DNA from: Candidatus Versatilivorator sp.
GTDB lineage: Bacteria > Acidobacteriota > Terriglobia > Versatilivoradales > Versatilivoraceae
Length of the DNA stretch: 64,000 nt
NCBI GenBank assembly: GCA_965207735.1
Contig: OZ242296.1
Span: forward strand, 5,120,001-5,184,000
Reading direction: 5' to 3'
The position numbers were made by a program, and so were the translations under genes. Shown here one piece after another: positions 62,104-64,000 of this stretch. The notes beneath the pieces are model-generated. The model saw only the letters and a program-made list of their open reading frames with translations, was not told where the DNA came from and did not search any database. The first letter of the stretch is position 1. Each line of letters opens with the position of its first letter.

Positions 62104-63744
62104 ATGGATCGAGACAATCCAGGGGAAAACAGTTCTCCGGAACGGTTCCGATTCGCCGGCCGGGAGTCATCTTCCCAAGGCAGGCGAGGTGAGGACGTCG
62201 CCGGGCGGGGCCTGTCCTCCAAAGGGGCAGTCCGGCTGAGCCGGGGCGGGCACGATCTGTTTCCCGGTCCTTCGGCACGGCTGGCGGTGGGCCTCGTGCT
62301 TTGTCTGCTGCTTGCGGTTGGATTCACCAGCCTCGACCCGACCGATGCCGCGCCCGATGAGTTGCTGATTTTCCATCAGCAACGAAGGATTCGCCTGCCA
62401 CTGGTCTCCGTCGACGGTCAGAGCTACGTCCCCATCCTGGATGTCCTTCACCTTCTCGACCTGGCTTATTCCGAGAGCGGCTCGGCGGGGTACCTGCGGA
62501 TATTTGCCGGCAGGGAGGTGGTGGAGTTGAATCGCAACCGGGTTCGGGTGCGATTGAATCGGAGCTCGATCGGCCTTGCGGCGCCGGTCCTGTTCCATGG
62601 GGGGCGCTGGCTGACACCGCGTGGATTTGTTCCCGACGTGCTGAACCGGGTGCTCAAACCCGCCATCAGGGTATCTCCCTCCGGGAACCGGTGGTTGACC
62701 GGAGGCCGGGATTTCGTCCGAATCAATCTCACCGCCCGCACCACCGATGAGGCCAGCCGTTTGGTTGTCTCCATGGCGAACGCCGGCGAGGTGCAGGTTC
62801 GTGGCGAGGCACGCCGCATTCTGTTTCTGCTGGGCGCTCTTCCGGTCGATCCTCCCGGAGCCGAGGTCACCTCCTATCGGGATGAGCGGATCGGGGGTGT
62901 TTCGTTTGAGGAAACCGCCGAATCGAGCCGTTTGGTGGTCTCGCTGACTGGCGAGTTCGTCCAGGCCCGCCTGACCCGGCTGCCGGGCCAAAATGCCTAC
63001 CTGGTAGACGCCCACCGGCTCACCGAGGAAGCCCCGTCGGCCCCTCAGGAACCGAAGCGGTCATTGCGCTGGACAAGCCGGCCCCGGGCATCCGGTTGGA
63101 GGCGAATCACCATCGATCCCGGGCACGGGGGCGCCGACAGGGGGGTGGAGGTCGGGGAGGGTGTCTACGAGAAGGACGTCACCCTATCCATCGCTCGCAA
63201 GGTGCGTTGGGTGCTGGAAAGCAAGCTGGGGGTGGAGACGATATTGTCTCGCGGCCAGGACCGGACGCTGTCGTTGGAAGATCGCGCCCGGGAGGCCAAT
63301 CGCAGCCGCTCCGATCTCTTTCTCAGCATACACCTGGGAAATGGCGCCTCGCCGATCCCTTCCCGGAGCTACGTCTATCTGGCGAAATTGCCCCCCGGGG
63401 AGGCTCTTGCGCAGGACCGGGTCGAGGAAGCCGCGTTCGAACTGGTGCTCTGGGATCGCGCCCAGGCGGGTGTGCTTCATCGAAGTTTCCGCCTGGCTGA
63501 AATCTTGCAAGCGGTGACCAACGAGCGCTTCAATGGTGGCGAACCGCTGACTTTTCGGCATGCCCCGCTGAGGCTCCTGTCCCCACTGGCGATGCCGGCC
63601 GTGCTGCTGGAGCTTGGAAGCGTGAAGCAGGACAATTTCAGGGAGAGGGTGCTCACCGAGCCCTTTCAGAACGGCGTGGCCATAGCCGTGCTGTCGGCCC
63701 TGCAACAGTTTCGCCCCCTCGATGAAGCGGCCATGGCTCGCTAG
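62104..63744 (+). CDS. N-acetylmuramoyl-L-alanine amidase (Amidase_3, AmiC-like)
   Basis: ITIDPGHGGAD, EKDVTLSIA, LEDRAREAN..DLFLSIH, MPAVLLELG (Zn ligands and catalytic Glu present); start uncertain (61993-62230). Confidence 0.88.
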   Translation: MDRDNPGENSSPERFRFAGRESSSQGRRGEDVAGRGLSSKGAVRLSRGGHDLFPGPSARLAVGLVLCLLLAVGFTSLDPTDAAPDELLIFHQQRRIRLPLVSVDGQSYVPILDVLHLLDLAYSESGSAGYLRIFAGREVVELNRNRVRVRLNRSSIGLAAPVLFHGGRWLTPRGFVPDVLNRVLKPAIRVSPSGNRWLTGGRDFVRINLTARTTDEASRLVVSMANAGEVQVRGEARRILFLLGALPVDPPGAEVTSYRDERIGGVSFEETAESSRLVVSLTGEFVQARLTRLPGQNAYLVDAHRLTEEAPSAPQEPKRSLRWTSRPRASGWRRITIDPGHGGADRGVEVGEGVYEKDVTLSIARKVRWVLESKLGVETILSRGQDRTLSLEDRAREANRSRSDLFLSIHLGNGASPIPSRSYVYLAKLPPGEALAQDRVEEAAFELVLWDRAQAGVLHRSFRLAEILQAVTNERFNGGEPLTFRHAPLRLLSPLAMPAVLLELGSVKQDNFRERVLTEPFQNGVAIAVLSALQQFRPLDEAAMAR

Positions 63745-63761
63745 GAGACAGAAGGCTGGCT

Positions 63762-64000
63762 ATGCCTCGCCATATCAGGTTGGGTATGATGGTTCTGGCG
63801 CTGTTGCTGGTCGGAGGCGCCGTTTACTTCATGAGTCTGCAGCGTCAGGTTCAGCGACTGGCCGACCTGCCTCCGGAAGCGCGAGCGCCCGCCTTGATGG
63901 AAGAACCGGCGTTTGAAGCCACCGCGCCCCGGAAGAAAGTCGTCCTCTTTTTTGCCTCGGCCGAGGTGGACGGCCAACTGGAGGCGGAGGAACGCGAAAT
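63762..64000 (+). CDS. Membrane-anchored protein, probably GerMN-domain, 5' part only
   Basis: Not in the ORF track. Manual translation MPRHIRLGMMVLALLLVGGAVYFMSLQRQV...KKVVLFFASAEVDGQLEAEERE; the motif and position after an amidase fit GerMN (inference). Confidence 0.65.
   Translation, partial: MPRHIRLGMMVLALLLVGGAVYFMSLQRQVQRLADLPPEARAPALMEEPAFEATAPRKKVVLFFASAEVDGQLEAEERE

Overview
GC-rich bacterial window, most consistent with an Acidobacteriota genome (inferred from an Oar-like TonB-dependent receptor, an acidobacterial VWA protein, a GWxTD protein and an amidase followed by a likely GerMN gene). Almost all genes encode exported or envelope proteins: four multiheme c-type cytochromes (three of them heptaheme-TPR paralogs), two CRTAC1/ASPIC-UnbV FG-GAP proteins, DUF3179, two DUF1549/DUF1553 + DUF1501 operons, six paralogous exported GHL10/DUF187-like TIM-barrel proteins, and Tat-signal oxidoreductase and enolase-superfamily enzymes. 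The centre (about 29.0-33.7 kb) is a mobile-element hot spot. It holds an apparently complete group II intron (29084-31078) inserted into a dispersed intergenic repeat whose empty copy lies at about 2740-2880, followed by a decayed ~2 kb P4-like integrative element carrying two copies of a structured sequence. Intergenic regions are stacks of REP-like, 7-mer and 9-mer inverted-arm repeats and a MITE. All calls are from reading the sequence by eye; no database searches were run.
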